NCBI GenBank assembly: GCA_900547775.1
Contig: URHW01000003.1
Location: forward strand, 3,874 to 67,873
Length of the DNA stretch: 64,000 nt
Source: an uncultured Mycoplasmatota bacterium
GTDB taxonomy: Bacteria; Bacillota_I; Bacilli_A; RF39; UBA660
Direction of reading: 5' to 3'
This document shows, piece after piece, positions 62,512 through 64,000 of this stretch. The translations under genes were made by a program, and so were the position numbers. The notes under the pieces were generated by a model that ran no database searches, was not told the DNA's origin, and saw nothing but the letters and a program-made list of their open reading frames with translations. Each line of letters starts with the position of its first letter. The first letter of the stretch is position 1.

Positions 62512-64000
62512 TTAGATATTTTCTTTAATGTATTTTGTAATGTATTCTAAGACTTCGTCCTTTGGTAAGTCGATGCTTTCAGATTCTTTTCTTAGTTTAA
62601 ATTCAACTAAACCATCATTTAGTTTTTTACCTATAGTGATTCTTATTGGGATACCAATTAGATCCATATCATTAAATTTAATACCAGGACGCTCTTCTCT
62701 ATCGTCTAATATGGTATCGATTCCTGCTTTTTCTAAGTCATCATGTAATTTATTAGCATAGTTCATGCAATTTTCATCATTAGTGTTAAGTGCGCATATT
62801 GCTACTTTAAATGGTGCTATATTTAGTGGCCAGATAATACCTTTGTCATCGTTGTTCTGTTCTACGTATGAAGCTAGGATTCTTCCTGGGCCAATACCAT
62901 AGCATCCCATTACTACAGGATTAATTTTGTTGTTTTCATCTAGGTATGTTAAGTCAAATTTTTCAGAATATTTGGTTCCTAGTTTAAATGTATTACCTAC
63001 TTCAATACCTTTTTTAAAGTATAGTTTTCCACCACATACTGGGCATGTATCACCCTCTTCAACGTTTACGATATCTGCAGATATATCATAGGTAAAGTCA
63101 TTGATGTTAGCGTTCATATAGTGATAACCTTCTTTGTTAGCTCCTACAACGAAGTTAGTCATGTTTAGTACTTCTTCATCGATGATGATTTGTGCTCCAG
63201 TTAGGTTAATTGGACCAGTAAAGCCTGGACAAGCATTAGATGTACTAATAAGAGCATCGTCAGCAAAGTTAATTTCATTACATTTTAATAATTTAGTAAC
63301 TTTGGTTTCATTTAAAGTTCTATCTCCTCTTACGAAGAAAATAGTTAGTTTACCATCTATATTCATTAGAAGAGCTTTAACTGTTTTCTTGATATCAATA
63401 TTTAAGAACTTAGTTACTTCTTCAATTGTTTGCATGTGAGGAGTTTCGACTAATTCTTTTTCTTTTAGTTCTTCTTTAATTGGCTTGTCTGGAATATGTT
63501 TTGATACTTCTATATTTGATGAATAATTACATTTATTACATAGTACGACAGTGTCTTCACCAATGTCTGTTATTGCTTGGAATTCTTCTGATAATGATCC
63601 ACCCATTACGCCAGTATCTGCTTTAACAATTGCATAGTTTAAACCAATACGATCAAAAATCTTTTTGTAAGCATCAAACATTTTATGATAAGAAACATCT
63701 AATCCTTCTTCATCTTTATCAAATGAGTAAGCGTCTTTCATAGTAAACTCACGAACTCTGATAAGTCCATATCTTGGACGAGGTTCATCACGGTATTTTG
63801 GTGCTTGCTGATAGATTGTAAAAGGTAGGTCTTTATAACTTCTAACCATATTTTTAGCAGCTACTGTAAATAATTCTTCATGGGTAGGCCCTAAAACGTA
63901 AGGTTTAGAGTATCTATCTTTTAAGTGAAACATTGAACTGCCAAGAGATGCTACTCTACCACATACTTCGTAGTATTCTTCTGGAATTAAACTTGGCATT
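62512..64000 (-). CDS. proS: Proline-tRNA ligase (archaeal/eukaryote-like class II ProRS); N-terminus beyond window end
   Basis: Class II aaRS motifs and ProRS C-terminal zinc-binding domain (CPVCG); ORF open to window edge. Confidence 0.85.
   Translation of the reverse strand, partial: MPSLIPEEYYEVCGRVASLGSSMFHLKDRYSKPYVLGPTHEELFTVAAKNMVRSYKDLPFTIYQQAPKYRDEPRPRYGLIRVREFTMKDAYSFDKDEEGLDVSYHKMFDAYKKIFDRIGLNYAIVKADTGVMGGSLSEEFQAITDIGEDTVVLCNKCNYSSNIEVSKHIPDKPIKEELKEKELVETPHMQTIEEVTKFLNIDIKKTVKALLMNIDGKLTIFFVRGDRTLNETKVTKLLKCNEINFADDALISTSNACPGFTGPINLTGAQIIIDEEVLNMTNFVVGANKEGYHYMNANINDFTYDISADIVNVEEGDTCPVCGGKLYFKKGIEVGNTFKLGTKYSEKFDLTYLDENNKINPVVMGCYGIGPGRILASYVEQNNDDKGIIWPLNIAPFKVAICALNTNDENCMNYANKLHDDLEKAGIDTILDDREERPGIKFNDMDLIGIPIRITIGKKLNDGLVEFKLRKESESIDLPKDEVLEYITKYIKENI

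Overview
This is an AT-rich (roughly 70% A+T by eye) chromosomal segment from a cell-walled, low-GC Gram-positive bacterium (Bacillota). The gene content suggests Erysipelotrichia or a related lineage. The standard genetic code is in use: TGG encodes Trp and no UGA recoding is needed. About 60 of roughly 63 genes are on the minus strand, which is a strong leading-strand bias.

Housekeeping content:
- the hrcA-grpE-dnaK operon, preceded by two tandem CIRCE operators, followed by pepF
- frr, lon, efp and rpmG
- two class B penicillin-binding proteins, a DD-carboxypeptidase, and a truncated dcw cluster (mraZ-rsmH-ftsL-pbp2B)
- nfo, parC/gyrA-like, rpsB-tsf, trpS, proS, ttcA, ybaK
- a marR plus two-gene ABC-exporter operon
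- a degenerate IS4-family transposase

Accessory content of interest:
1. A multigene family ('family A'; A1 5135-6760, A2 13366-15243, A3 60421-62229, plus the short N-module-only gene 46350-46907). Each member has a TasA/camelysin-like N-terminus with a SipW-type signal peptide, a ~300-aa conserved Cys-containing C-terminal domain, and a ~30-codon C-terminal hypervariable block. Across all three full-length paralogs that block shows the diversity-generating retroelement (DGR) signature. Codon positions 1-2 vary while position 3 stays fixed as C or T, and the invariant codons lack adenine. A1 also has a G9 homopolymer in its promoter spacer. The homologous A3 promoter carries an interrupted tract and a consensus TGGACA-17-TATAAT, so A1 looks phase-variable on top of the hypervariation. 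No reverse transcriptase or template repeat is present in this window.
2. A tandem array of four paralogous coiled-coil/2-TM proteins ('family B', 51520-54655) immediately upstream of mraZ.
3. A sortase-anchored vWA+MucBP adhesin with its own sortase and an extracytoplasmic thioredoxin-like protein.
4. An orphan type IV pilin-like gene.
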